From: Escherichia coli
Lineage (GTDB): Bacteria; Pseudomonadota; Gammaproteobacteria; Enterobacterales; Enterobacteriaceae
Length of the DNA: 64,000 nucleotides
NCBI RefSeq assembly: GCF_044324785.1
Contig: NZ_CP172127.1
Direction: 5' to 3' (one strand)
Within the stretch, counting starts at the first letter, position 1, and each line of letters opens with the position of its first letter. A model generated the notes under the pieces. It was not told the origin of the DNA and ran no database searches. It saw nothing but the letters and a program-made list of their open reading frames with translations. Of the stretch, positions 1 through 14,857 are shown one piece after another. Position numbers and translations under genes: made by a program.

Positions 1-41
1 TTTGCGTTATAGTGATTCGATAACAAAAGCAGGAGATAACC

Positions 42-1244
42 ATGTTAAAAGTGGAAATGCTATCCACCGGGGATGAAGTGTTACACGGGCAAATCGTTGA
101 CACTAACGCTGCCTGGCTGGCCGATTTTTTCTTTCATCAGGGGTTGCCATTATCTCGCCGCAATACGGTGGGGGATAACCTTGATGACTTAGTCACCATT
201 CTTCGCGAACGTAGTCAGCACGCCGATGTGCTGATCGTTAACGGCGGGCTGGGACCGACCAGTGATGATTTAAGCGCACTCGCCGCTGCGACAGCAAAAG
301 GTGAAGGCCTGGTGTTGCATGAAGCCTGGCTCAAAGAGATGGAACGCTATTTCCACGAACGTGGACGAGTAATGGCACCGAGCAACCGTAAACAAGCGGA
401 GCTACCTGCCAGTGCTGAATTTATCAGTAACCCGGTAGGCACCGCCTGTGGTTTTGCCGTGCAGCTTAATCGTTGCCTGATGTTCTTTACCCCCGGCGTA
501 CCGTCAGAATTTAAGGTGATGGTCGAGCACGAAATCCTGCCGCGCCTGCGCGAGCGTTTTTCTTTACCACAGCCGCCGGTTTGTCTGCGTTTAACTACCT
601 TTGGTCGTTCGGAAAGCGATCTGGCACAAAGCCTGGACACTCTACAACTGCCGCCGGGGGTAACAATGGGCTATCGCTCCTCAATGCCTATCATCGAACT
701 GAAACTCACCGGACCGGCAAGCGAGCAACAGGCGATGGAAAAACTGTGGCTGGACGTTAAACGTGTTGCCGGACAGAGCGTGATTTTCGAAGGCACCGAA
801 GGACTGCCCGCGCAGATCAGTCGCGAATTGCAAAACCGCCAGTTCAGCCTGACGTTGAGCGAGCAATTCACCGGCGGTTTATTGGCTTTGCAACTTTCTC
901 GCGCAGGTGCTCCATTGCTGGCGTGTGAAGTGGTTCCTTCACAGGAAGAAACCCTGGCGCAAACGGCGCACTGGATTACAGAACGGCGGGCCAACCATTT
1001 TGCCGGGCTGGCACTGGCTGTTTCTGGTTTCGAGAACGAACATCTCAACTTTGCGCTAGCCACGCCAGACGGCACTTTCGCTCTGCGTGTGCGTTTCAGC
1101 ACTACGCGCTACAGCCTGGCTATCCGTCAGGAAGTGTGCGCAATGATGGCACTGAATATGCTGCGCCGTTGGTTAAACGGCCAGGACATCGCCAGTGAGC
1201 ATGGCTGGATTGAGGTTGTTGAGTCCATGACCTTATCTGTCTGA
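42..1244 (+). CDS. yfaY: CinA-like competence/damage-inducible domain protein
   Basis: 400-aa ORF with N-terminal MoaB/CinA-type fold signature (LSTGDEVLHGQIVDTNAAWLA); position upstream of rhm cluster matches E. coli synteny. Confidence 0.8.
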   Translation: MLKVEMLSTGDEVLHGQIVDTNAAWLADFFFHQGLPLSRRNTVGDNLDDLVTILRERSQHADVLIVNGGLGPTSDDLSALAAATAKGEGLVLHEAWLKEMERYFHERGRVMAPSNRKQAELPASAEFISNPVGTACGFAVQLNRCLMFFTPGVPSEFKVMVEHEILPRLRERFSLPQPPVCLRLTTFGRSESDLAQSLDTLQLPPGVTMGYRSSMPIIELKLTGPASEQQAMEKLWLDVKRVAGQSVIFEGTEGLPAQISRELQNRQFSLTLSEQFTGGLLALQLSRAGAPLLACEVVPSQEETLAQTAHWITERRANHFAGLALAVSGFENEHLNFALATPDGTFALRVRFSTTRYSLAIRQEVCAMMALNMLRRWLNGQDIASEHGWIEVVESMTLSV

Positions 1245-1463
1245 TTCCGCCACTCTGTGCCGGTTTACTGCACCGGCACATCCCCCCTCCGGCAAAATTT
1301 GTCCAACCTGTTGTACTCAATAAGAAAAAATCCGTGCGCTAATTCACAAATTTGTGCGTAATTTCTCCAGTCCGCTGGACGAGGAGCGGGATTTGATGCG
1401 CTTCACAATTTTACTCCCCCTGAGCAACGAGACTGATTCCAGTATCTAAGACTGGAGTCCAGT

Positions 1464-2246
1464 ATGTTGGAATCAAGCAAAGTTCCCGCCCTGACACGGG
1501 CTATTGATATTCTCAATTTGATTGCCCGCATTGGCCCCTGTAGTGCTGCGACGATCATTGACACATTAGGGATCCCTAAAAGCACGGCCTATTTGCTGCT
1601 TAATGAACTCAGGCGTCAGCGTTTTCTTAGCCTTGATCACCAGGAAAATTTTTGTTTGTGGACCAAGCTGGTGGAGCTTTCCGGTCATGCGTTAAGCAAG
1701 ATGGATCTCCGGGAACTGGCTCGACCGCGTTTGACGCAACTGATGGATACCACCGGGCTGTTATGTCACCTGGGGATTATTGATAACGGCAGCGCTTATT
1801 ACATTTTGAAAGTGGAGTCATCAGCCACTATCAGCGTGCGTTCCCATGAAGGAAAAAGCCTTTCGCTTTATCGCTCTGGAATAGGTAAATGCCTACTTGC
1901 CTGGCAACCTGCAGCTGTACAGCAAAGTATTATCGAAGGGCTGGTCTGGGAGCAGGCGACACCCACAACGATTACTCATCCACAGCAACTTCACGAAGAA
2001 CTGGCGCGTATTCGCCGCCAGGGCTGGAGCTATGACAACGGCGAAGATTACGCCGATGTCCGTTGTGTCGCTGCGCCGGTGTTTAACGCCAATAACGAGC
2101 TTACCGCTGCGATCTCGGTGGTCGGTACCCGCTTACAAATCAATGAAGAATACCGTGATTATCTGGCGGGCAAGGCCATTGCCTGCGCCAGGGATATTTC
2201 ACGTCTGTTGGGATGGAAAAGTCCCTTTGACTTACAGGCCTCATAA
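1464..2246 (+). CDS. rhmR: IclR-family transcriptional regulator of L-rhamnonate utilisation
   Basis: 260-aa ORF, N-terminal HTH followed by IclR effector domain; precedes rhmD-rhmT-rhmA. Confidence 0.8.
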   Translation: MLESSKVPALTRAIDILNLIARIGPCSAATIIDTLGIPKSTAYLLLNELRRQRFLSLDHQENFCLWTKLVELSGHALSKMDLRELARPRLTQLMDTTGLLCHLGIIDNGSAYYILKVESSATISVRSHEGKSLSLYRSGIGKCLLAWQPAAVQQSIIEGLVWEQATPTTITHPQQLHEELARIRRQGWSYDNGEDYADVRCVAAPVFNANNELTAAISVVGTRLQINEEYRDYLAGKAIACARDISRLLGWKSPFDLQAS

Positions 2247-2260
2247 CAATGGAGAACATC

Positions 2261-3466
2261 ATGACCCTACCAAAAATCAAACAGGTTCGCGCCTGGTTTA
2301 CTGGCGGTGCGACAGCAGAAAAAGGCGCTGGCGGCGGTGATTATCACGACCAGGGGGCGAATCACTGGATAGACGATCATATTGCCACCCCGATGAGTAA
2401 ATACCGCGATTATGAGCAGTCACGCCAGTCATTTGGCATTAACGTTCTTGGCACGTTGATTGTTGAAGTCGAAGCAGAAAACGGCCAGACCGGATTCGCC
2501 GTTTCGACAGCCGGTGAAATGGGCTGTTTTATTGTCGAAAAACACCTTAACCGTTTCATTGAGGGTAAATGTGTCAGTGATATCAAACTGATCCACGATC
2601 AAATGCTCAATGCCACCCTGTATTACTCCGGCTCTGGTGGCCTGGTGATGAACACGATTTCCTGTGTCGATCTGGCTCTGTGGGATCTGTTCGGCAAAGT
2701 GGTCGGGCTTCCGGTTTATAAACTTTTAGGCGGCGCAGTTCGTGATGAGATTCAGTTCTACGCCACAGGTGCGCGTCCGGATCTGGCAAAAGAGATGGGC
2801 TTTATCGGTGGCAAAATGCCGACGCACTGGGGGCCACATGATGGCGATGCGGGGATCCGCAAAGATGCCGCTATGGTCGCGGATATGCGTGAAAAATGCG
2901 GTGAGGATTTCTGGTTAATGCTCGACTGCTGGATGAGTCAGGACGTGAACTATGCCACCAAACTGGCCCACGCTTGCGCGCCCTATAACCTGAAATGGAT
3001 CGAAGAGTGCCTGCCGCCACAGCAGTATGAAGGTTATCGCGAACTGAAACGCAACGCGCCAGTCGGAATGATGGTCACCAGCGGTGAGCATCACGGCACA
3101 CTGCAATCTTTCCGTACGCTTTCAGAAACCGGCATCGACATTATGCAGCCGGATGTTGGCTGGTGCGGTGGGTTAACCACGCTGGTGGAAATTGCCGCAA
3201 TCGCCAAATCCAGAGGGCAACTGGTGGTGCCGCACGGTTCGTCTGTTTACTCTCACCATGCGGTGATCACCTTCACCAATACGCCATTCAGCGAATTCCT
3301 GATGACCAGCCCGGATTGTTCAACGATGCGTCCGCAATTTGATCCGATTCTGCTTAATGAGCCAGTGCCGGTGAATGGTCGTATTCATAAATCAGTGCTT
3401 GATAAACCCGGTTTCGGCGTCGAACTCAATCGTGACTGCAATTTGAAACGCCCCTACAGCCACTAA
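2261..3466 (+). CDS. rhmD: L-rhamnonate dehydratase (enolase superfamily)
   Basis: ORF track gives 2249..3466 (405 aa); start moved to MTLPKIKQ to give about 401 aa as recalled for RhmD. Confidence 0.85.
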   Translation: MTLPKIKQVRAWFTGGATAEKGAGGGDYHDQGANHWIDDHIATPMSKYRDYEQSRQSFGINVLGTLIVEVEAENGQTGFAVSTAGEMGCFIVEKHLNRFIEGKCVSDIKLIHDQMLNATLYYSGSGGLVMNTISCVDLALWDLFGKVVGLPVYKLLGGAVRDEIQFYATGARPDLAKEMGFIGGKMPTHWGPHDGDAGIRKDAAMVADMREKCGEDFWLMLDCWMSQDVNYATKLAHACAPYNLKWIEECLPPQQYEGYRELKRNAPVGMMVTSGEHHGTLQSFRTLSETGIDIMQPDVGWCGGLTTLVEIAAIAKSRGQLVVPHGSSVYSHHAVITFTNTPFSEFLMTSPDCSTMRPQFDPILLNEPVPVNGRIHKSVLDKPGFGVELNRDCNLKRPYSH

Positions 3467-3522
3467 TCATTCCGGGCGTTGCTGTGACAACGGTAACGCC
3501 CACACATTCTAAGGAGCTTTTT

Positions 3523-4812
3523 ATGAGCACCGCTTTGCTTGACGCCGTGGTGAAGAAAAACCGTGCGCGTTTAATTCCGTTTATGTTGGCGCTGTATGTG
3601 CTGGCGTTTCTCGACCGTTCGAATATCGGTTTTGCCAAACAGACCTACCAGATTGATACCGGGCTGAGTAATGAAGCTTATGCGCTGGGAGCAGGCATTT
3701 TCTTTGTTGTATATGCGTTTCTGGGTGTTCCGGCGAATCTTTTGATGCGCAAACTGGGGGCAAGAACCTGGATTGGTACGACAACACTGCTGTGGGGATT
3801 TCTTTCGGCAGCCATGGCATGGGCCGATACTGAAGCGAAATTTCTGATCGTTCGTACTCTGCTTGGTGCTGCGGAGGCCGGGTTCTTCCCTGGTATGATT
3901 TATCTCACCTCGCAATGGTTTCCGCAGCGTAATCGCGCCAGCATTATGGGGTTGTTCTATATGGGCGCACCGCTGGCGTTAACACTGGGATCACCGCTTT
4001 CCGGCGCGCTGCTGGAGATGCATGGATTTATGGGGCATCCCGGCTGGTTCTGGATGTTTGTGATTGAAGGATTGCTGGCAGTCGGCGCTGGGGTATTCAC
4101 ATTCTTTTGGCTTGATGACACACCGGAGCAGGCACGTTTTCTGAGTAAACAAGAAAAAACGTTGCTTATCAATCAACTGGCAAGTGAAGAACAACAGAAA
4201 GTGACTTCTCGATTGAGCGATGCGCTGCGTAATGGCCGAGTCTGGCAACTGGCGATTATCTACCTGACCATTCAGGTGGCGGTTTACGGATTAATTTTCT
4301 TCCTGCCGACCCAGGTTGCTGCATTGCTGGGGACAAAAGTGGGCTTTACGGCGTCGGTGGTCACCGCCATTCCGTGGGTTGCGGCCTTGTTTGGGACCTG
4401 GCTTATTCCGCGCTATTCCGATAAAACCGGCGAACGGCGTAATGTCGCAGCGCTGACATTACTGGCGGCGGGCATTGGTATTGGTCTCTCCGGGCTGCTT
4501 TCTCCAGTACTGGCGATCGTAGCGCTGTGTGTTGCAGCCATCGGGTTCATTGCCGTGCAGCCGGTGTTCTGGACGATGCCGACACAACTTCTTTCCGGTA
4601 CGGCGCTGGCTGCGGGGATTGGTTTTATAAACCTGTTTGGTGCAGTGGGCGGGTTTATTGCCCCGATCCTGCGCGTGAAAGCAGAAACGTTATTTTCCAG
4701 CGATGCGGCGGGATTACTGACGCTGGCAGCGGTGGCGGTCATCGGTTCGCTGATTATTTTCACTCTGCGTGTAAATCGCACTGTTGCGCAGACCGACGTG
4801 GCACATCATTAA
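3523..4812 (+). CDS. rhmT: MFS transporter, putative L-rhamnonate transporter
   Basis: Multi-pass hydrophobic ORF; ORF track starts at 3484, start moved to MSTALLDAV preceded by aggag RBS. Confidence 0.8.
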   Translation: MSTALLDAVVKKNRARLIPFMLALYVLAFLDRSNIGFAKQTYQIDTGLSNEAYALGAGIFFVVYAFLGVPANLLMRKLGARTWIGTTTLLWGFLSAAMAWADTEAKFLIVRTLLGAAEAGFFPGMIYLTSQWFPQRNRASIMGLFYMGAPLALTLGSPLSGALLEMHGFMGHPGWFWMFVIEGLLAVGAGVFTFFWLDDTPEQARFLSKQEKTLLINQLASEEQQKVTSRLSDALRNGRVWQLAIIYLTIQVAVYGLIFFLPTQVAALLGTKVGFTASVVTAIPWVAALFGTWLIPRYSDKTGERRNVAALTLLAAGIGIGLSGLLSPVLAIVALCVAAIGFIAVQPVFWTMPTQLLSGTALAAGIGFINLFGAVGGFIAPILRVKAETLFSSDAAGLLTLAAVAVIGSLIIFTLRVNRTVAQTDVAHH

Positions 4813-4828
4813 ATAGTTAAGGAACACG

Positions 4829-5632
4829 ATGAACGCATTATTAACCAATCCCTTTAAAGAACGTTTACGCAAGGGCGAAGTGCAAATTGGTCTGTGGTTA
4901 AGCTCGACTACTTCTTATATGGCAGAAATTGCCGCCACTTCCGGTTATGACTGGTTGCTGATTGACGGGGAGCACGCGCCTAACACCATTCAGGATCTTT
5001 ATCACCAGCTACAGGCGGTAGCACCCTATGCCAGCCAACCCGTGATCCGTCCGGTGGAAGGCAGTAAATCGCTGATTAAACAAGTCCTGGATATTGGCGT
5101 GCAAACTCTACTGATCCCGATGGTCGATACTGCCGATCAGGCACGTCAGGTGGTGTCTGCCACGCGCTATCCTCCCTACGGTGAGCGTGGTGTCGGGGCC
5201 AGTGTGGCACGGGCTGCTCGCTGGGGACGCATTGAGAATTACATGGCGCAAGTCAACGATTCGCTTTGTCTGTTGGTGCAGGTGGAAAGTAAAACAGCAC
5301 TGGATAACCTGGACGAAATCCTCGACGTCGAAGGGATTGACGGCGTGTTTATTGGACCTGCGGATCTTTCTGCGTCGTTGGGCTACCCGGATAACGCCGG
5401 GCACCCGGAAGTGCAGCGAATTATTGAAACCAGTATTCGGCGGATCCGTGCTGCGGGTAAAGCGGCTGGTTTTCTGGCTGTGGCTCCTGATATGGCGCAG
5501 CAATGCCTGGCGTGGGGAGCGAACTTTGTCGCTGTTGGCGTTGACACGATGCTCTACAGCGATGCCCTGGATCAACGACTGGCGATGTTTAAATCAGGCA
5601 AAAATGGGCCACGCATAAAAGGTAGTTATTGA
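4829..5632 (+). CDS. rhmA: 2-keto-3-deoxy-L-rhamnonate aldolase (HpcH/HpaI family)
   Basis: 267-aa ORF, class II aldolase family signature, last gene of rhm cluster. Confidence 0.85.
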   Translation: MNALLTNPFKERLRKGEVQIGLWLSSTTSYMAEIAATSGYDWLLIDGEHAPNTIQDLYHQLQAVAPYASQPVIRPVEGSKSLIKQVLDIGVQTLLIPMVDTADQARQVVSATRYPPYGERGVGASVARAARWGRIENYMAQVNDSLCLLVQVESKTALDNLDEILDVEGIDGVFIGPADLSASLGYPDNAGHPEVQRIIETSIRRIRAAGKAAGFLAVAPDMAQQCLAWGANFVAVGVDTMLYSDALDQRLAMFKSGKNGPRIKGSY

Positions 5633-5672
5633 TATCAAAGGCCCATGGGGATCGGCTGTGGGCCTGTGTTAA

Positions 5673-5846
5673 TTAGTGGTTATTCGCTGCCAGATCGGCT
5701 TCGCTTAGCTGGGTGGCCGCGAGCACCAGGTCACGATCAATGCCCTGTTCCAGCATGCGCAAAGCAATTTTAATGGCTTGTTCATGCATGCCTTCCTGCC
5801 AGCCAATTTGGTGTCCTTCCTGCCGTAGCCGTTCAGCAATAGTCAT
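5673..5846 (-). CDS. ypaA: Small 57-aa protein homologous to the C-terminal tail of RpnE
   Basis: Hand translation of minus strand: [57 protein letters not shown]; below the ORF-track size cut-off; DNA is a diverged direct repeat of the rpnE 3' end. Confidence 0.6.
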   Translation of the reverse strand: MTIAERLRQEGHQIGWQEGMHEQAIKIALRMLEQGIDRDLVLAATQLSEADLAANNH

Positions 5847-5858
5847 TAATCTCTCCTT

Positions 5859-6818
5859 TTAATAACAGTTCGGAATATCAGCATCAGTGAGTTGGGTTGT
5901 CGCCAGCACAATCTCACGTTCAAAGCCCTGTTCCAGCATGCGCAAGGCAATTTTAATGGCTTGTTCATGCATACCTTCTACTTTGCCTTTCTGCAAACCC
6001 TCCAACTTCCCCTCCTGCCAACCTTCAATCTTACCCTCCTGCCAGCCAATTTGATGCCCTTCCTGCCGCAGCCGTTCAGCAATAGTCATTAATCTCTCCT
6101 TTTGTAGTGGTGAACGTTCGGCAATCTCCTCAATAAAACGGGTGAAACGGGAGGTATCGCCGCATTGCAGCAGATAATTAAACAGCGTTTGTAGCTGGCT
6201 GTCATTAGTGAAGCCTCTAACCAAAAGCGTGGTGATCCTGTCGACCATACCGATTAAATCGCGGTCGCGAATATGCTTTTGAATCAGTTCAAGCAGAGCT
6301 ATACGCCGATGTTGCATGATCTCATCGTCAGGTACGATGGTGATATCCACCAACGGAAAAGCTTCGGTGTACAACTGCCGGGCAAGTTGCGGATCGTCAA
6401 ACTCATCCAGCCAGTTGAGTGAGTACGGGTAAGGCGAGGTTTCGCCATGATAAAACAGCAACGGCACCACCAGCGGGACTCTGTCATAGCCTTTGTCCAG
6501 GTGACGCTGCATGGCGGCAGTGGCATAGCGCATTAGCCGAAAAGCCATATTCTTTTCTGCAGAGCTTTGATGTTCAATCACGCAGTAGATATAACCGTCA
6601 CCGTCGCTGGTTTCCACGGACCACAAAACATCCGAGTAGTAAGCGCGTAAACTTTTTTCAATAAAACTGGTGGGTTCCAGGCGTAAGGTTTGCAGGTTAC
6701 AAAGCTTGCGCAGTGGTTCTGGTAAATGTATTTCGAGAAAATCCCGTGCGGTTTCGGGTGTGAACATAAAAGTTTTAAATACCGCATCATGCGGGGAGGA
6801 GGTTGTTGATTCGGTCAT
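5859..6818 (-). CDS. rpnE: Rpn-family recombination-promoting nuclease (PD-(D/E)XK, transposase_31 family)
   Basis: 319-aa ORF recognised as YfaD/RpnE; C-terminus carries octapeptide repeats [25 protein letters not shown]. Confidence 0.8.
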   Translation of the reverse strand: MTESTTSSPHDAVFKTFMFTPETARDFLEIHLPEPLRKLCNLQTLRLEPTSFIEKSLRAYYSDVLWSVETSDGDGYIYCVIEHQSSAEKNMAFRLMRYATAAMQRHLDKGYDRVPLVVPLLFYHGETSPYPYSLNWLDEFDDPQLARQLYTEAFPLVDITIVPDDEIMQHRRIALLELIQKHIRDRDLIGMVDRITTLLVRGFTNDSQLQTLFNYLLQCGDTSRFTRFIEEIAERSPLQKERLMTIAERLRQEGHQIGWQEGKIEGWQEGKLEGLQKGKVEGMHEQAIKIALRMLEQGFEREIVLATTQLTDADIPNCY

Positions 6819-7010
6819 GGTTGTCCGTCACCTGATATTTATGATGACGCGACATTACGGTTATCCCAGGCCTTTGACATCTGCCAGTTTCAGCCTTTGC
6901 GAGACGTTTTCAGAGGAATTTTCACTGCGTTGCAACGCATACATTGGGCACGGAATCGTGTACGCAAAAATGCCCGGTAACCACATGCTTACCGGGCATC
7001 AGAAGGGAGT

Positions 7011-11075
<4,065 letters not shown>

Positions 11076-11347
11076 TGTTATCCCTCTGAAGTTCGTTTTT
11101 TACCATTTAGCCATAGTAAAAACATGAATTGTTTGATTTCGCGCATATTCGCTCATAATTCGAAAGTGAAACGTGATTTCATGCGTCATTCTGAACATTT
11201 CAACCATCGTATTTAATAATGTGTGCGGTAATTCACATTTAATTTATGAATGTTTTCTTAACATCGCGGCAACTCAAGAAACGGCAGGTTCTCCCACTGA
11301 ATCAGGCTGTTAATCATAAATAAGACCACGGGCCACGGAGGCTATCA
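11076..11347. promoter_or_regulatory. Divergent glpACB / glpTQ control region
   Basis: 272-bp AT-rich intergenic region between divergent operons; GlpR and CRP are known to act here, but individual operators were not mapped. Confidence 0.55.
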
Positions 11348-12706
11348 ATGTTGAGTATTTTTAAACCAGCGCCACACAAAGCGCGCTTACCTGCCGCGGA
11401 GATCGATCCGACATATCGTCGATTGCGCTGGCAAATTTTCCTGGGGATATTCTTTGGTTATGCTGCTTACTATTTGGTTCGTAAGAACTTTGCCCTCGCT
11501 ATGCCTTATCTGGTCGAGCAGGGCTTCTCACGCGGTGATTTAGGTTTTGCCCTTTCGGGGATCTCGATTGCTTATGGATTTTCGAAATTCATCATGGGCT
11601 CGGTGTCAGATCGCTCGAATCCGCGCGTTTTCCTGCCCGCAGGTTTGATTCTGGCGGCGGCAGTGATGTTGTTTATGGGCTTTGTGCCGTGGGCGACGTC
11701 GAGCATCGCGGTGATGTTTGTACTGTTGTTCCTCTGCGGTTGGTTCCAGGGGATGGGGTGGCCGCCGTGTGGTCGTACTATGGTGCACTGGTGGTCGCAG
11801 AAAGAACGTGGCGGCATTGTGTCAGTGTGGAACTGTGCGCACAACGTCGGTGGTGGTATTCCGCCGCTGCTGTTCCTGCTGGGGATGGCCTGGTTCAATG
11901 ACTGGCACGCGGCGCTCTATATGCCCGCTTTCTGCGCCATTCTGGTGGCATTATTCGCCTTTGCGATGATGCGCGATACCCCGCAATCCTGTGGCTTGCC
12001 GCCGATCGAAGAGTACAAAAATGATTATCCGGACGACTATAACGAAAAAGCGGAACAGGAGCTGACGGCGAAGCAGATCTTCATGCAGTACGTGTTGCCG
12101 AACAAATTGCTGTGGTACATCGCTATCGCCAACGTGTTCGTTTATCTGCTGCGTTACGGCATCCTCGACTGGTCACCGACTTATCTGAAAGAGGTGAAAC
12201 ACTTCGCGCTGGATAAATCCTCCTGGGCCTACTTCTTCTATGAGTATGCGGGCATTCCGGGCACCCTGCTGTGCGGCTGGATGTCGGATAAAGTCTTCCG
12301 TGGCAACCGTGGGGCCACCGGCGTCTTCTTTATGACACTGGTGACCATCGCGACTATCGTTTACTGGATGAACCCGGCAGGTAACCCAACCGTAGATATG
12401 ATTTGTATGATTGTTATCGGCTTCCTGATCTACGGCCCTGTGATGCTGATCGGTCTGCATGCGCTGGAACTGGCACCGAAAAAAGCGGCAGGTACGGCAG
12501 CGGGCTTTACCGGGCTGTTTGGTTACCTGGGCGGTTCGGTGGCGGCAAGCGCGATTGTTGGCTACACCGTGGACTTCTTCGGCTGGGATGGCGGCTTTAT
12601 GGTAATGATTGGCGGCAGCATTCTCGCGGTTATCTTGTTGATTGTTGTGATGATTGGCGAAAAACGTCGCCATCAGGAATTACTGCAAAAACGCAACGGA
12701 GGCTAA
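11348..12706 (+). CDS. glpT: Glycerol-3-phosphate:phosphate antiporter (MFS)
   Basis: 452-aa 12-TM ORF recognised as GlpT. Confidence 0.9.
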   Translation: MLSIFKPAPHKARLPAAEIDPTYRRLRWQIFLGIFFGYAAYYLVRKNFALAMPYLVEQGFSRGDLGFALSGISIAYGFSKFIMGSVSDRSNPRVFLPAGLILAAAVMLFMGFVPWATSSIAVMFVLLFLCGWFQGMGWPPCGRTMVHWWSQKERGGIVSVWNCAHNVGGGIPPLLFLLGMAWFNDWHAALYMPAFCAILVALFAFAMMRDTPQSCGLPPIEEYKNDYPDDYNEKAEQELTAKQIFMQYVLPNKLLWYIAIANVFVYLLRYGILDWSPTYLKEVKHFALDKSSWAYFFYEYAGIPGTLLCGWMSDKVFRGNRGATGVFFMTLVTIATIVYWMNPAGNPTVDMICMIVIGFLIYGPVMLIGLHALELAPKKAAGTAAGFTGLFGYLGGSVAASAIVGYTVDFFGWDGGFMVMIGGSILAVILLIVVMIGEKRRHQELLQKRNGG

Positions 12707-12710
12707 TGGC

Positions 12711-13787
12711 ATGAAATTGACGCTAAAAAACCTTAGCATGGCGATCATGATGAGTGGAATGATCATGGGAAGCAGTGCAATGGCGGCGGATAGCAACGAA
12801 AAAATAGTCATCGCCCATCGCGGTGCCAGTGGTTATTTGCCGGAGCATACGCTGCCAGCAAAAGCGATGGCGTATGCGCAGGGAGCGGATTATCTGGAAC
12901 AGGATTTGGTGATGACCAAAGACGACCATCTGGTTGTTCTGCATGACCATTACCTCGATCGTGTTACTGATGTTGCCGATCGTTTCCCGGATCGGGCGCG
13001 CAAAGACGGTCGTTACTACGCGATAGATTTCACGCTGGATGAAATTAAGTCGCTGAAATTTACCGAAGGTTTCGATATTGAAAACGGTAAAAAAGTGCAG
13101 ACTTATCCGGGGCGTTTCCCAATGGGTAAGTCCGACTTCCGGGTGCACACCTTTGAAGAAGAGATTGAATTTGTTCAGGGGTTAAATCACTCTACCGGGA
13201 AAAATATCGGTATCTATCCAGAAATTAAAGCGCCGTGGTTCCATCATCAGGAAGGGAAGGATATTGCGGCAAAAACGCTGGAAGTGCTGAAGAAATATGG
13301 TTACACCGGTAAGGACGACAAAGTTTATTTGCAATGTTTTGATGCCGATGAACTGAAGCGTATTAAGAATGAGCTGGAACCTAAAATGGGCATGGACCTC
13401 AATCTGTTACAGCTGATTGCCTATACCGACTGGAACGAAACTCAGCAGAAACAACCGGACGGAAGCTGGGTTAATTACAACTACGACTGGATGTTTAAGC
13501 CGGGGGCCATGAAACAGGTGGCGGAATATGCTGATGGTATTGGCCCGGATTACCATATGTTGATTGAGGAGACATCGCAGCCGGGTAATATCAAACTCAC
13601 TGGCATGGTGCAAGATGCTCAGCAGAATAAACTGGTAGTGCATCCTTATACCGTGCGGTCAGATAAACTGCCTGAATACACTACTGATGTGAATCAGTTA
13701 TATGATGTTCTGTATAACAAAGCGGGTGTAAATGGGCTGTTTACTGATTTCCCTGATAAGGCAGTAAAATTCCTTAATAAAGAGTAA
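12711..13787 (+). CDS. glpQ: Periplasmic glycerophosphodiester phosphodiesterase
   Basis: Signal peptide MKLTLKNLSMAIMMSGMIMGSSAMA then GDPD domain (HRGASGYLPEHT); ORF track starts inside glpT, start moved to ATG at 12711. Confidence 0.9.
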   Translation: MKLTLKNLSMAIMMSGMIMGSSAMAADSNEKIVIAHRGASGYLPEHTLPAKAMAYAQGADYLEQDLVMTKDDHLVVLHDHYLDRVTDVADRFPDRARKDGRYYAIDFTLDEIKSLKFTEGFDIENGKKVQTYPGRFPMGKSDFRVHTFEEEIEFVQGLNHSTGKNIGIYPEIKAPWFHHQEGKDIAAKTLEVLKKYGYTGKDDKVYLQCFDADELKRIKNELEPKMGMDLNLLQLIAYTDWNETQQKQPDGSWVNYNYDWMFKPGAMKQVAEYADGIGPDYHMLIEETSQPGNIKLTGMVQDAQQNKLVVHPYTVRSDKLPEYTTDVNQLYDVLYNKAGVNGLFTDFPDKAVKFLNKE

Positions 13788-13806
13788 TGCTACTGCAGGA
13801 TGGCGT

Positions 13807-14706
13807 TCATGCGCCATCCTGTCTCATATCAAATTTTCCACTCTCCACTAATTGTTCTGTGCACATTTGTAGTAAAAACAGTGGACTGCCTTCTACCGGC
13901 TTTTCTTTAGCCAGCAACGAAATCTGTCGATAGAAGGTTGGTTCGAGAGGAACGGAACACAATTCACCTGCAATGGTTTTCAGCGTTAACTCTGGTAATA
14001 AGGCGATGCCTAATCCCTGTCGAATAAAACTGATCGCTGTATCCGGGTGATTAAATTCATATTTTATCTGTGGGGTAATATTCTTTTCTTTAAATAGTGC
14101 CATAATGCTTAATTCATAGCGTCCTTTACTAATAATTAATGGTTCACCCATTAACTCTTCCACTGTAATAGTGCTGTTTTTTGCCAGAGCATGGTCGGGC
14201 GGTAACACTACGGTGAATTTATCCTGATAAATGGGCACGGAGTACATTCCGCTCACCGGAAAATGAACAAAACCGGCATCAATGGATTCATTCTGAAGGG
14301 AATCAATAATCGCTGTGCTATTTTCCTCAAAAGGAATAATTTTTATATTCGGATGATGAATTTCAAAGTAGCGAATCACAACCGGTAAGATACAGGCGCA
14401 GACGCTGGGGAAACAACCAAGTCTCAGCGTTCTTTGAGGGTTCTGCTTTTCCTGCTCGGCTATCTCTTTTACTGCGTTCACTTCCCGATTAATGGCGCGC
14501 AGATGATGCACAATACGATGACCTGCTGCGGTCAGTTGTATAGCTTTACGGCGATCGCGTAACAGTATATTCACGCCAAGTTCTTGTTCGAGGGCAGCAA
14601 TTGCCTGACTTACCGCCGACTGCGTCATGAACAATCGCTTGCTGGCTTCAGTAAAGCCACCGTAATCCAGCACGGCGAGTAAAGAATTTATTTGGGTAAG
14701 AGTCAT
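13807..14706 (-). CDS. LysR-family transcriptional regulator (full length)
   Basis: 299-aa ORF with N-terminal LysR HTH (FMTQSAVSQAIAALEQELG) and substrate-binding domain; divergent from the MFS gene. Confidence 0.8.
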   Translation of the reverse strand: MTLTQINSLLAVLDYGGFTEASKRLFMTQSAVSQAIAALEQELGVNILLRDRRKAIQLTAAGHRIVHHLRAINREVNAVKEIAEQEKQNPQRTLRLGCFPSVCACILPVVIRYFEIHHPNIKIIPFEENSTAIIDSLQNESIDAGFVHFPVSGMYSVPIYQDKFTVVLPPDHALAKNSTITVEELMGEPLIISKGRYELSIMALFKEKNITPQIKYEFNHPDTAISFIRQGLGIALLPELTLKTIAGELCSVPLEPTFYRQISLLAKEKPVEGSPLFLLQMCTEQLVESGKFDMRQDGA

Positions 14707-14857
14707 TAGAGTTTGCTAATCAATAATATTAAAACGATTAATTTCTCTAATAGCATGCCGCCATTTATACTTCTGTTCTGTAAAGTACATCACAATTTGA
14801 CGCAACCGCAGTAACGGGAGTGTTGTCTGCGTGCGTCATCCTGACAGGCGGTAGGGT

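Noticed and set aside
5640..5670. Short GC hairpin (ggccca...tgggcc) between rhmA and ypaA, considered as a bidirectional terminator
   Set aside because: The stem is short and lacks a clear U-tract on either strand. Too weak to annotate.
12654..13787. Extended 377-aa version of glpQ starting inside glpT
   Set aside because: The upstream extension overlaps the glpT C-terminus and lacks signal-peptide logic. The ATG at 12711 gives the expected signal peptide.
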